Origin: an uncultured Prevotellaceae bacterium | GTDB taxonomy: Bacteria; Bacteroidota; Bacteroidia; Bacteroidales; Muribaculaceae | DNA: 64,000 nucleotides | NCBI GenBank assembly: GCA_937898675.1 | Contig: CALEJB010000045.1 | Coordinates: 67,155-131,154, forward strand | Direction of reading: 5' to 3' | Part shown: positions 1 to 11,509 of the stretch, piece after piece | How the letters are laid out: each line of letters begins with the position of its first letter | How positions within the stretch are numbered: position 1 is the first letter of the stretch | The notes under the pieces: generated by a model | The model's database searches: none | Told to the model about the DNA's origin: nothing | What the model saw: only the letters and a program-made list of their open reading frames with translations | Made by a program: the position numbers and the translations under genes

Positions 1-1328
1 CGCTCTTTAGCCATCTGCACCGAAGAGCCGTAGGCGGCCAGCGCCAAAGCCTTGTGGACGCTCACGCTGAATGCGGTGGCCTCGGGGGTGCCGTAACGCA
101 GTCCCATAGCGGCAATCATGTCGCCCTCGCCCGTGGTGCCCACACCGGTGCGGCGGCCCTCGAGCGTCTTTTCGCGTATCTTGTTCCACAAGTTGAACTC
201 GGTGGTCTTGACCTCCTTGGTTTCGGGGTCGGACTGGATTTTGGCAATAATCTTCTCGATTTTCTCCATCTCCAGGTCGATGATGTCGTCCATCATGCGC
301 TGTGCGCAAGCCACATGGTCAGCAAACAGTTCAAAGTCGAAGCTGGCCTTGTCGGTAAACGGATTTTTCACATAGCTGTATAGATTAATGGCAATCAGGC
401 GGCAGCTGTCATAGGGGCAAAGCGGAATCTCGCCACAAGGGTTGGTCGAGATGGTCTTGAAACCTAGGTCGGCATAGCAGTCGGGCACCGACTCGCGAGT
501 GATAGTGTCCCAAAAGAGCACGCCCGGCTCGGCGCTGTTCCATGCGTTGTGCACAATCTTGTTCCACAAGCGGCTGGCGTCCACCTCGTTTTCATATAAA
601 GGTTCGTCGCCGTCGATGGGATACTGCTGCTTGTAGGTCTTGCCTTCGATGGCGGCCTGCATAAAAGCGTCGTCGATGCGTACAGAGACATTAGCGCCGG
701 TCACCTTGCCCTCCACCATCTTGGCGTCGATAAAGGACTCGGCATCGGGATGCTTGATGCTCACCGTCATCATCAGGGCGCCGCGGCGGCCATCCTGCGC
801 CACTTCGCGGGTGCTGTTGCTGTAACGCACCATGAAGGGCACCAGGCCCGTCGAGGTCAGCGCGCTGTTCTTGACTGGTGAACCCTTGGGACGGATGTGC
901 GACAAGTCGTGGCCAACGCCGCCACGGCGTTTCATGAGTTGTACCTGTTCCTCGTCAATCTTGAGGATGCCGCCGTAACTGTCGGGTTCTCCGTCCAGGC
1001 CAATGACAAAGCAGTTGCTGAGCGATCCCACCTGAAAATTGTTGCCTATCCCGGCCATGGGACTGCCCTGAGGAACGATGTAGCGGAAGTGGCTCATCAG
1101 CTCAAACAGACGGTCTTCGCTCAACGGATTGGGATAGTTGCGCTCGATGCGTCCAATTTCACGCGCCAATCGTCGGTGCATGTCGTCGGGGGTCAACTCA
1201 TAAAGGTTGCCATAGGAATCCTTCAAAGCATACTTGGATGCCCACACCCTGGCAGCGAGTTCATCGCCGCCGAAATATTTCAGAGAGGCCGCAAAAGCCT
1301 CCTGGTAACTGTAAGTCTTGCTTGCCAT
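1..1328 (-). CDS. nrdJ: Adenosylcobalamin-dependent (class II) ribonucleotide reductase, 5' part; runs off window start
   Basis: Not in the ORF track. Manual translation from ATG 1328 gives MASKTYSYQEAFAASLKYFGGDELAARVWASKYALKD...PQGSPMAGIGN...LSNCFVIG...KRRGGVG...VAQDGRRGALM...STNPCGEIPLCPYDSCRL, with the RNR catalytic NPCGE motif. Confidence 0.92.
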   Translation of the reverse strand, partial: MASKTYSYQEAFAASLKYFGGDELAARVWASKYALKDSYGNLYELTPDDMHRRLAREIGRIERNYPNPLSEDRLFELMSHFRYIVPQGSPMAGIGNNFQVGSLSNCFVIGLDGEPDSYGGILKIDEEQVQLMKRRGGVGHDLSHIRPKGSPVKNSALTSTGLVPFMVRYSNSTREVAQDGRRGALMMTVSIKHPDAESFIDAKMVEGKVTGANVSVRIDDAFMQAAIEGKTYKQQYPIDGDEPLYENEVDASRLWNKIVHNAWNSAEPGVLFWDTITRESVPDCYADLGFKTISTNPCGEIPLCPYDSCRLIAINLYSYVKNPFTDKASFDFELFADHVACAQRMMDDIIDLEMEKIEKIIAKIQSDPETKEVKTTEFNLWNKIREKTLEGRRTGVGTTGEGDMIAAMGLRYGTPEATAFSVSVHKALALAAYGSSVQMAKE

Positions 1329-1377
1329 TGCCGGTTAAACTTAAATGTACGTAATCATTATTGCCGCAAATCGTCCG

Positions 1378-1385
1378 CAAAGTTA
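1378..1385 (-). promoter_or_regulatory. Bacteroidetes sigma-A -7 element (TAACTTTG) upstream of nrdJ
   Basis: Matches the TAnnTTTG consensus about 50 nt upstream of the start codon in an AT-rich intergenic region. Confidence 0.55.
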
Positions 1386-1622
1386 ATAACAATGTTTTGG
1401 ATAAACAAAATAAAATAGAAAATTTCTTAAATTTTTATTTTAAAAACATAAATTACTGTCTTTCAAGTATTTAATTTTTCACGAAAAGAAAAAAGTTTTC
1501 TAAAACAAAAATCTTTTTCATTGCAACACTTTCAAAAAGAACAACTTGCGGACAACAAAGAGGGCACTCCCGGAGAGAGGGAATGCCCAAAATAATTGTC
1601 ACCTGAAGCGGTGCCGAAAAGA

Positions 1623-2312
1623 TTACTTGAGGGTGCCGTTCTGGGCGTCCTGAATCATCTGCTCGTTGGCAGTGATGTAGATTTCGACGCGACGGTTCTG
1701 AGCACGGCCAGCCTCAGTGTCATTGCTGGCAACGGGATAGTCGTAGGCAAGGCCCTGGCTCGACAGGCGGCCAGTGGAAACACCTGCATTCATGAGATAA
1801 TTCTTAACGGCGGTAGCACGCTCTGCCGATACCTTGTCATTGACGGCGCGGGTTCCTGTGTTGTCGGTGTGGCCATAAATCTGCACATCGGTCTCGGGGT
1901 TATTGATGAGCGATGCAGCAAACTGTTCCAGCGACTTCTTGGCGTTGGCGTTGAGAGAGTGGCTGTTGGTGGCAAACAGGATGCCGCCGTCAAAGGTCAC
2001 CTTGATACCCTCAAAGCCGTTCACGTCGGTACAAGTGTCAACCTGAGCGCCGTTAATCATGGCGAGCTCTCGAGCCTGCTTGTCCATCTTCTTGCCGATG
2101 AGCGTGCCGGCAACGCCGCCAGCAACAGCACCGATAGCGCCGCCAATGGCAGCACCCTTGCCCTTGCCGATGAGGGCACCGATGCCTGCGCCAAGAGCGC
2201 CACCGCCACCTGCGCCAATCAGACCGCCCTTGGCAGCGTTATTCAATGAGCCACAGCCCGAGATACCGAGCATTAACATTGCACTCAAAAGTACACATAA
2301 AGTCTTCTTCAT
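1623..2312 (-). CDS. OmpA family lipoprotein with glycine-zipper N-terminus
   Basis: Lipobox ISGC, GGLIGAGGGGALGAGIG glycine zipper, GHTD and RAQNRRVEI OmpA-C motifs. Confidence 0.93.
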   Translation of the reverse strand: MKKTLCVLLSAMLMLGISGCGSLNNAAKGGLIGAGGGGALGAGIGALIGKGKGAAIGGAIGAVAGGVAGTLIGKKMDKQARELAMINGAQVDTCTDVNGFEGIKVTFDGGILFATNSHSLNANAKKSLEQFAASLINNPETDVQIYGHTDNTGTRAVNDKVSAERATAVKNYLMNAGVSTGRLSSQGLAYDYPVASNDTEAGRAQNRRVEIYITANEQMIQDAQNGTLK

Positions 2313-2490
2313 AATTGCTATAATATTAAATTAATAATGTGATTTCAATTGTGTTGGGATTGCAAAAATAGCACAATAATTTGAAACTGCGCATAACTAT
2401 TGTCTAAAAAAATGTAATACGCGCCCTAAACAATAGTCTGCCCACCGATGGCGGGCATGACTATACACATCTGTTAATCAGTGGTTTCAA

Positions 2491-4503
2491 TCATCGCTTG
2501 AGTGTAATCGGACGAATATTCCGTTCCTTGACATCACCATTGCGATAGGCCTCGAGCAACGCCTGCAAGTCCTCGACTTGTGACTTCAGTTCAGTGCCGA
2601 TGTCGGTATCCTTGACACACATGCGATGGTTGGTGAGTTCGACAAGCTGATAGGTGGACTTGATGTCCTTGCCCAAGCGCACGGCATCGTCAATCGACGA
2701 GAACGGCTCGTGCTGCACGAGCTGGAAACCTCGTGAATGGTACACCAGCGTATAGCCCGCAATACCTGTCTCGGGTTGATAGGCTTTGGAGAATCCGCCG
2801 TCAATCACCATGATCTTGCCATTAGCCTTGATGGGGTTCTCTCCCTTGATGGTCTTGACAGGCACATGGCCGTTGATAATATGCCGATTGGTGCCCGCAA
2901 CATCAAATTCGTCCAAAATCATGTCGGCAACCTTTTCATCGTCACGCATAGCGTAATAGTTGCCTTTCAGCTCCTTGTGCGTCTCCTTGTCGGCGATGAA
3001 ATAGCGTTCAAATGTCGCCATCTTGCTCTTATCAAAGGCAGGCGAATCCTTGCCGCACCACAAATACCAGATGTAGTCAAGAGCAAAAGCGTGATCGTCG
3101 GGGTTCTTGCAGCCAAAATAGGCGTCACGAATGAGGTTGCCGGCGCGCTTCAGCAAGGCTTTGCCCTTGAAGTACTCACCTCGTATGAGCACGTCCTTGA
3201 GCGTGCCATCGTCATTGAGCGGGATTGAGGCATGGTAAAGCAGGTTGCCGTTGGAGATGGTGTAGATGCAACCGTTGCGGAACATGCACTGCATGTGTTT
3301 GCGCAGTTTCTCACTCTCGGTAAACGACTGGTGCAACTTCTGAACAAGGGAATCCTCCTCGGGCGAGAGCTTGAACGGGTGCTTGGGGTCAACAGTCGGG
3401 AAATTAGTGTCAAGGAGTTCATATTCCTTGCCGTCAATCTTGATGACACCCTTGGCCAGGTCCATCTTGTCAAGCAAGAGACGGTCCTTCATGTCAAAAT
3501 CGGGACGGCGCTTGATAGCCGCTGCCTCGAGTTTGAACTGGATGATGCTGATGGCCTTGTGCATCTGCGCCACGAGTTGTGCCGTGCGTGCGCGCTCGGG
3601 GTCATCGGCGCTGCCATCCTTGGGCATGAAACGAACGCAGGGGTCATCGTTGTAGGTATCCAGCGCGAACGTTGCCAGCGGCAACAGATTGATGCCATAG
3701 CCATCCTCAAGCACGCCGTGGTTGCCATAGCGCAACGCAATGCGGAGGACATTGGCAATGCTGCAGTCGTTGCCGGCGGCAGCACCCATCCACAGGATGT
3801 CGTGGTTGCCCCATTGTATGTCAAAGTTGTGATAATTGCACAGGATATCCATGATTTTATCGGGGCTGGGGCCGCGGTCATACACATCGCCCAGGATGTG
3901 CAGCACGTCGATGGTCAGCTGCTGGATAAGGTTGCACATGGCCACGATGAAGTCGTCGGCGCGGTGCGTGGTAATAATGGTGCGGACAATCACATCAACA
4001 TAGGCTTCCTTGTTGGGGTCGCTGCTGTGTTCATGCAGCAGTTCCTGGATGATATAGGAGAAGTCGCTCGGCAGAGCCTTGTGCACCTTGGAGCGGCTAT
4101 ATTTAGACGACACATTGCGGCACACCATCACCAGGCGGTTGATGGTGATGAAATACCAGTCATGCAACTCGGCCTCGTCGGTCAATTCGTCCTTGACGAG
4201 ATCGAGTTTGAGTTCGGGATAGTAGATGAGCGTGCACAGTTCCTTGCGCTCCTTGGCGCTGATAGAGGCATTGAAAATCTCCCCCACCTTGCGCTTGATT
4301 GTCCCGCTGGCATTGCGCAACACATGCTGGAAAGCCTCATACTCTCCATGGAGGTCGGCGAGAAAATGCTCGGTGCCCTTGGGCAGGTTCAAAATCGCCT
4401 CAAGATTAATAATTTCGGTACTGGCTGTGGGGACATTGGGGAAACTGCGCGAGAGCAATTTCAGGAACCGCAGGTCGCAATGTGGTGTTTCTTCTTGTTT
4501 CAT
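2491..4503 (-). CDS. fbp: Fructose-1,6-bisphosphatase class III
   Basis: EIINLEAILNLPKGTEHFLADLHGEYEAF, GDVYDRGP, QWGNHD and IDGGFSKAYQ motifs. Confidence 0.95.
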   Translation of the reverse strand: MKQEETPHCDLRFLKLLSRSFPNVPTASTEIINLEAILNLPKGTEHFLADLHGEYEAFQHVLRNASGTIKRKVGEIFNASISAKERKELCTLIYYPELKLDLVKDELTDEAELHDWYFITINRLVMVCRNVSSKYSRSKVHKALPSDFSYIIQELLHEHSSDPNKEAYVDVIVRTIITTHRADDFIVAMCNLIQQLTIDVLHILGDVYDRGPSPDKIMDILCNYHNFDIQWGNHDILWMGAAAGNDCSIANVLRIALRYGNHGVLEDGYGINLLPLATFALDTYNDDPCVRFMPKDGSADDPERARTAQLVAQMHKAISIIQFKLEAAAIKRRPDFDMKDRLLLDKMDLAKGVIKIDGKEYELLDTNFPTVDPKHPFKLSPEEDSLVQKLHQSFTESEKLRKHMQCMFRNGCIYTISNGNLLYHASIPLNDDGTLKDVLIRGEYFKGKALLKRAGNLIRDAYFGCKNPDDHAFALDYIWYLWCGKDSPAFDKSKMATFERYFIADKETHKELKGNYYAMRDDEKVADMILDEFDVAGTNRHIINGHVPVKTIKGENPIKANGKIMVIDGGFSKAYQPETGIAGYTLVYHSRGFQLVQHEPFSSIDDAVRLGKDIKSTYQLVELTNHRMCVKDTDIGTELKSQVEDLQALLEAYRNGDVKERNIRPITLKR

Positions 4504-4565
4504 AGTCAATTTTGGTTTAATGTATTTAAGGGTATGGTAAATTTGCTATAATAAGATAACGATAT

Positions 4566-5906
4566 TTAATGTAACATATTGTTTTTCAGCAGCGAAATTC
4601 TCACCTTGCGGCCTTTGAGCTTCGCATCGCGCAGACAGGCAAGAACCCCTTGGACTGCATGCCTGGGCACGGCAGCCAGGGCATAGTGGTCGCGCACATC
4701 AATCCGCCCCACCTCACTCGCGGGGATACCGCCGTTGCGGGCGATGAAACCCATGATGTCTCCCTTGGAAATTTTCTCCTTCTTGCCCGCCTGAAAATGC
4801 AGCGTAGCCATCGGTGCAGCGGCATAGCCGCTCGTTGTGGGCAGCGGTTCAAACACCTCGTTGGCATCAATCCATTCGGGCAACACCTCGCCGGGAGCGG
4901 TAATAACATAGGCCTCACCTGTTGCATCGACACGAGCCGTGCGTCCGTTGCGATGGGTGTAAGTCTGCTCATTCACCGGCAGGTGATAGTGTACGATATG
5001 GGCCACAGTGTCGATGTCAAGCCCTCGCGACGCCAAGTCGGTTGAGACCAATACGGCAAGGCTTCCATTATTGAGCATGGCCACGACGCACTCGCGTTGC
5101 ATCTGGTCCATCGCGCCATGATACAAACCGGCCGGGATGCCAGCCTTGAGCAGTGACTGATGAATGCGCTCCGCACTCTCGCGATAGTTGGCAAACACGA
5201 TAGTCTTTCCATTGCCCAAACCGAGGAGCAACCGCCGGAGCGTGTCGAGTTTGTCCTTGCTGTCGGCCGGCACCTGACGTGCCATGATGCGCTGGGCTGG
5301 AGCGTCATCGCATTGCAGCACGTTGAGTACATAAGGATTGTGCAACCGCACATAATCAGGAACAGCATCAAGCACCGTGGCCGAAACGAGGATGCGGCGC
5401 GCCAGCCGCGGCATAGTCTTGAGCAGCCGGCGCATCTCGTCCTCAAAGCCCAGTTCCAAGGCCTTGTCCATCTCATCAAGAACTAACAGGCGGGCGCCGC
5501 TGAGATTGATGTGCCCGCGCTTGTGATGGTCGAGCAAGCGGCCTGGAGTCGCCACAACGATGTCGGGCGTAACGGCAAGCGATGCTTTTTCATCAGCAAC
5601 GGAGTGGCCTCCATAACACGGCGTTACCTTGAATCCGGCCGCCAATGAACGCAGCACTTCGCTTGTCTGCATCACCAATTCACGCGACGGGGCCATCACC
5701 ACGGCTTGCAGGCCGCCCATTGGAGGCTGCATGGCATGCAACAGGCACAGGGCAAAGGCCAGCGTTTTTCCCGTTCCCGTGGGCGAGTACAACACCAGGT
5801 CTCCCCTGCCCGACTTCCACGAGTCCAACGCGGCGCGCTGCATGCCGTTGAGCGATTCAATGCCCAAGCGCGTCTTCACTGACTGCAGTATCTCCCTCTC
5901 ATTCAT
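4566..5906 (-). CDS. DEAD-box RNA helicase with DbpA-type RNA-binding C-terminus
   Basis: SPTGTGKT, TPGRLLDH, DEMD, SAT and HRNGRTAR motifs; C-terminal GKKEKISKGDIMGF. Start taken at MNEREIL. Confidence 0.9.
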   Translation of the reverse strand: MNEREILQSVKTRLGIESLNGMQRAALDSWKSGRGDLVLYSPTGTGKTLAFALCLLHAMQPPMGGLQAVVMAPSRELVMQTSEVLRSLAAGFKVTPCYGGHSVADEKASLAVTPDIVVATPGRLLDHHKRGHINLSGARLLVLDEMDKALELGFEDEMRRLLKTMPRLARRILVSATVLDAVPDYVRLHNPYVLNVLQCDDAPAQRIMARQVPADSKDKLDTLRRLLLGLGNGKTIVFANYRESAERIHQSLLKAGIPAGLYHGAMDQMQRECVVAMLNNGSLAVLVSTDLASRGLDIDTVAHIVHYHLPVNEQTYTHRNGRTARVDATGEAYVITAPGEVLPEWIDANEVFEPLPTTSGYAAAPMATLHFQAGKKEKISKGDIMGFIARNGGIPASEVGRIDVRDHYALAAVPRHAVQGVLACLRDAKLKGRKVRISLLKNNMLH

Positions 5907-5970
5907 GATTGCACAAAGGTACTCCAAAACCGCGAAACGGCAAAGCCACATGTAGAGAAGTGAATCAAAA

Positions 5971-6525
5971 TCATGTTGTGCGAATCGGTCGGCAGGGGTT
6001 GCCGACTGCGACAGTGTGTGGGGGAATGTCACGGGTGACCACCGAGCCGGCACCGACGACACACCCGTCACCGATAGTCACTCCAGGCAACACGGTGACG
6101 TTGCCGCCAATCCACACGTCGTTGCCAACCGTGATGGGGCGGGCGCATTCCAAGCCCTGGTTGCGCCGCGCGACGTCCAACGGGTGGCCTGCTGTATAGA
6201 AACCGCAGTTGGGACCGACAAAGACATTGTCGCCAAACGTCACCCGCGCGGCATCGAGAATGACCAGGTTGCAGTTGGCAAAGAAATTCATGCCCACATG
6301 CACATTGAAACCATAATCGCACTTGAAAGGCTGGATGATGCGAATCCCTTGCCCCGCCGTTCCCAACATGGCGCTCAACTGCTTGGTCAAACGCTCTATT
6401 TGATCGGGAGACGTGTGGTTGTAGTCAAAACACCGTTTTTCGCACTGACGAATGAGTCCCAGCAACTCGGGATCATGATTGGCATCATAGAGCTCCCCGG
6501 CCATCATTTTCTCTCTTTCGGTCAT
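5971..6525 (-). CDS. Sugar (maltose/galactoside) O-acetyltransferase
   Basis: MTEREKMMAGELY, PFKCDYGFN and hexapeptide repeats ending VAVGNPCR. Confidence 0.9.
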   Translation of the reverse strand: MTEREKMMAGELYDANHDPELLGLIRQCEKRCFDYNHTSPDQIERLTKQLSAMLGTAGQGIRIIQPFKCDYGFNVHVGMNFFANCNLVILDAARVTFGDNVFVGPNCGFYTAGHPLDVARRNQGLECARPITVGNDVWIGGNVTVLPGVTIGDGCVVGAGSVVTRDIPPHTVAVGNPCRPIRTT

Positions 6526-6559
6526 ACTTTTTTCATTTATTTGACGCAAAGATACAACA

Positions 6560-6593
6560 AATTCCCCCGCCAACCATTATTGACAGGGGAATT
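6560..6593 (-). terminator. Intrinsic terminator after groEL
   Basis: Minus-strand stem AATTCCCCTGTCAA / TTGGCGGGGGAATT followed by a T-rich tract. Confidence 0.7.
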
Positions 6594-6623
6594 GATGTTT
6601 AGGATTTAGTCATCAGCGGTGAT

Positions 6624-8297
<1,674 letters not shown>

Positions 8298-8570
8298 TCA
8301 TTCCTCCACGATAGCCAGGATATCGTTCTGACGCATCATCAGCAACTTCTCGCCGTCAATCTCAATCTCGGTTCCGGCATACTTGCTGTAAAGCACGGTG
8401 TCACCGGCCTTGACGACCATCACTTCGTCCTTGGTGCCGTTACCGGCTGCGCGAACGGTGCCCTTGAGGGGCTTCTCTTTAGCACTGTCGGGGATGATAA
8501 TGCCGCCGACAACTTCCTCGGCCTTAGCGGGTTCAATAAGAACGCGGTCATTTAATGGTTTAATAATCAT
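8298..8570 (-). CDS. groS: Co-chaperonin GroES
   Basis: IKPLNDRVLI, GGIIIPDSAKEKP; immediately upstream of groEL. Confidence 0.98.
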   Translation of the reverse strand: MIIKPLNDRVLIEPAKAEEVVGGIIIPDSAKEKPLKGTVRAAGNGTKDEVMVVKAGDTVLYSKYAGTEIEIDGEKLLMMRQNDILAIVEE

Positions 8571-8635
8571 GATTTTTTGAAATGTTTTTAATTGTTATTG
8601 TTACTTGATTGAAATCTTTTTCTGACTCTATATCA

Positions 8636-8652
8636 TGCAACCAACGTGCCAA
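8636..8652 (-). promoter_or_regulatory. Sigma-54-type -24/-12 promoter upstream of groES
   Basis: Minus strand reads TTGGCACGTTGGTTGCA, an exact match to TGGCACG-N4-TTGC. Confidence 0.65.
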
Positions 8653-8773
8653 TGGAGATTTCACGGGTTAAATGCGACATTTTGTCACCCCGTGACAGAC
8701 TGGACGGATTGTTTCAAAAGCAAACCGCCAAATCGGGCATGATTCAGCGGTTGGATATCATTGTTTGCCAGGA

Positions 8774-9748
8774 TTAATGCGTTATTAGCCGCGTCAAGGC
8801 AAACGACCTTCCCGCCAGCCAGGCATAGGCGCTCATTTTCCAAGAGGACAAGTGAGTTTTGGCAATCAACGGGCCGTAATCCTTGACAACTTGTTGCATC
8901 ACGGCAATATTATCGCGATTGTCATAATTGCTTCGAGCCGCACTGCGGAGCAACAATGTCATCTCGATAGCAAAACGAGCGCGGGCAATGTCGAGATACT
9001 GAGGCCACAGCCTCTCGGTGTCGGCGGATATTTGTTTCCACACGCGATAGGCGCTAAACTGGCGGTCGTCAAACTTCGAGTGCGAGATGCTGTTGCCGTT
9101 CATGCGGTAGTGGTAAAACCTGTTGGGGAGAATCCTCACCCCATTGACCTGCTGCAGGACTTGCCAGCACATCAACGCATCCTCGCCGTAACTGATTTGG
9201 TCGCCAAACCGCTTTCCGTCGAACAGACAGCGGCGAACCACTTTGGAGCACAGCGAACCGCGGAAGTTAATGTGCTCAAGAAAATGCATGATGGACTCTT
9301 CGTGGGTGTAACTCTCACATTCAAGAGTCAAATTGGGCGTCTCTGAAACATTGCGGCCGTTCTTGACATCATCGGGGGTAAATGCAACCATTCCATAAGA
9401 GACCATATCATAGTCCCCCTCCTGCTGCTTCCGCATCAATTCCTCAATCGTCGCGGCATCAATCCAGTCGTCGCTGTCAACAAACACGACAAACTCGCCG
9501 CGGGCCTTGTCGAGCAAGCGGTTGCGGGTTTCGGCAACTCCGCTGTTGGGCTGGGAATATACCTCAATGCGCTCATCGCGGGCGGCGTAGTCCTGCATGA
9601 TTTGCCAAGAACGGTCCTTTGAACCGTCATCAATCAGCACGACCTGCAGATTTCGGTAGGTCTGATTGATGATGCTGCCGATGCACTCGCCGAGGAAAGG
9701 CTCGACATTATAGACAGGAATGAGGATTGATACCAACGGCTGTTGCAT
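8774..9748 (-). CDS. Glycosyltransferase family 2
   Basis: VSILIPVYNVE, IDDGSKD, FVDSDD and GEDALM motifs. Confidence 0.93.
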   Translation of the reverse strand: MQQPLVSILIPVYNVEPFLGECIGSIINQTYRNLQVVLIDDGSKDRSWQIMQDYAARDERIEVYSQPNSGVAETRNRLLDKARGEFVVFVDSDDWIDAATIEELMRKQQEGDYDMVSYGMVAFTPDDVKNGRNVSETPNLTLECESYTHEESIMHFLEHINFRGSLCSKVVRRCLFDGKRFGDQISYGEDALMCWQVLQQVNGVRILPNRFYHYRMNGNSISHSKFDDRQFSAYRVWKQISADTERLWPQYLDIARARFAIEMTLLLRSAARSNYDNRDNIAVMQQVVKDYGPLIAKTHLSSWKMSAYAWLAGRSFALTRLITH

Positions 9749-9755
9749 GATACTA

Positions 9756-11498
9756 TTACTTTCGGATGATTTGTCCAATCTTGCTGGTGAGTTTATCGCC
9801 CAAGATATTGCGGGCCATCTGCTTGATAGAACCTTTGCCGTCGGTCAGCGCCGTGCGCACCAGACGGATAGCGTCGCTCTCGTCGTCACTATCGGTGAAC
9901 ACTTCAAATATCATGGGGCAGTCACTTGCCTTTGCACTGAAGAATTTCTCATACACCGCAAGGAATTCCTCCTTGTTGCATGCTGAGATATACTCATAGC
10001 CCAAGTCCTGGGCGTAATGCTTGACCAGGTCTTGCGACTTATTGCCAAAATGACCTGCGGCAGCCATGAACGGGTCGCCGTCCTCGCCAAACCTGGACGC
10101 CGGGTGGTCGCTGTTGTGGAACTCGGTGCCGCGGCCGTTGTTCACGAGCATAATGCGCACATTGTTCCCGACATGACGGTTGCCCAACACATTGAGGTCA
10201 TAGAAGAATGCCAAGTCGCCAACGACGGCAAAGCACAGTTTGTCGGGGCTGGCCAGCGAGGCACCAATCAAGGTGGAGACATCGCCGTCAATGCCAAATC
10301 CTCCTACGTTGCAAGCGGTCGTCACACTCTTGGGCAAGTCAAAATAACTCCAGCATCGCAGCGAGTTCAGGATGCCCACATGCAGTACCGCGCCCTCGGG
10401 AACGATGGGAGAACACTGCTGGGCAATCCACACATTGGAGAACGGCAGTTCGGGCAGCGAGGCCAACGCCTGCTTGTGCCAGTGTTGGCAAGTTTCAAGA
10501 TAGGCGGTGCGCGGCACATTGGAGGTAGCATAATGCTCAAAGAAGGTCACCTCCTCCATCTCAAACACGGCGGTCAGTTTCTTGAAGCGGTCCCTCAACT
10601 CGCCGTCGGGATTGACGCGCCACACGGCATCGGGGACGAGTGCGTCCATCGAATAGTCGCCGCTGACCTCGCCGATGTGAATCAGCAAATTGGGCCTAAT
10701 CGGGCCCTTGTCCCAGTCAAACTGCGAAGCGATTGTGGCCTGGTGGAACTCATATTTGCCGTGGTAACCACTTGTGAGGTCGCAGAAGACCACGGCGTCG
10801 TGGCTCCCGCAAAACGCGTCAATCGCGTTTGTCAACCGCTCGTTGCAGGGCTGGTGAGCGCCGATGAATATGGCAATTTTGCCCTCGCTGGGCAACGCGG
10901 GAAAGTCATCGTGCGGCATGATGCGGCGAATTTGACGCGCTGGCGGCAGTTCCTGCAACGAGAAGTCCTGACTGTAGGCCGTTTCAAGGTTGATGTGCAC
11001 CGGTCCGCCGCCATGACGGCGAAGGGCGAGCAAAGCCTTGTTAGCCTTAATCTCACAATCCCACTCTTCGTCTTTGGTCCTCACCATATTCAGCAGAACA
11101 CTCTCAACCACCATGTCGGCCATCTGGCTGGAGCGGTCAATCACCTGTGGCATCAAGTGTCCCACGCGCATGGGATTTTGGGTGGATGTCACAGCCAGGA
11201 CGGGCAACTTGCGATAATAGGCCTCGGTCATGCCCGAAACATAGTTGCGCGATGCCGTCGCACCCGTGCAAGTGAGCACGACAGGTTCACCGCTCTCGCT
11301 GGCGATGCCGCAGGCCAGATAGGCCGCCGAACGCTCGTCGACCGACGAGAACACCTTGAAAAACGGGTCGCTCTGCACACTCGCCACAAAGTTGATGTTC
11401 GTTGTACCCGGCGAGGCAATCACATACCTGATGCCATTGGCCTTGAGCAAAGCCACCAATATCTGTACATTACGCTCTGATGAATAGAATTTGTCCAT
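9756..11498 (-). CDS. MenD-like thiamine-diphosphate-dependent enzyme within a polysaccharide locus
   Basis: SPG, VDERSAAY, GGPVHIN, GFGIDG and the GDLAFFYD...NNG ThDP-binding motif. No other men genes nearby. Confidence 0.85.
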   Translation of the reverse strand: MDKFYSSERNVQILVALLKANGIRYVIASPGTTNINFVASVQSDPFFKVFSSVDERSAAYLACGIASESGEPVVLTCTGATASRNYVSGMTEAYYRKLPVLAVTSTQNPMRVGHLMPQVIDRSSQMADMVVESVLLNMVRTKDEEWDCEIKANKALLALRRHGGGPVHINLETAYSQDFSLQELPPARQIRRIMPHDDFPALPSEGKIAIFIGAHQPCNERLTNAIDAFCGSHDAVVFCDLTSGYHGKYEFHQATIASQFDWDKGPIRPNLLIHIGEVSGDYSMDALVPDAVWRVNPDGELRDRFKKLTAVFEMEEVTFFEHYATSNVPRTAYLETCQHWHKQALASLPELPFSNVWIAQQCSPIVPEGAVLHVGILNSLRCWSYFDLPKSVTTACNVGGFGIDGDVSTLIGASLASPDKLCFAVVGDLAFFYDLNVLGNRHVGNNVRIMLVNNGRGTEFHNSDHPASRFGEDGDPFMAAAGHFGNKSQDLVKHYAQDLGYEYISACNKEEFLAVYEKFFSAKASDCPMIFEVFTDSDDESDAIRLVRTALTDGKGSIKQMARNILGDKLTSKIGQIIRK

Positions 11499-11509
11499 AA
11501 TGTGTTATT

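Noticed and set aside
9756..11498. menD of menaquinone biosynthesis
   Set aside because: No other men genes and a polysaccharide context; gene symbol withheld.
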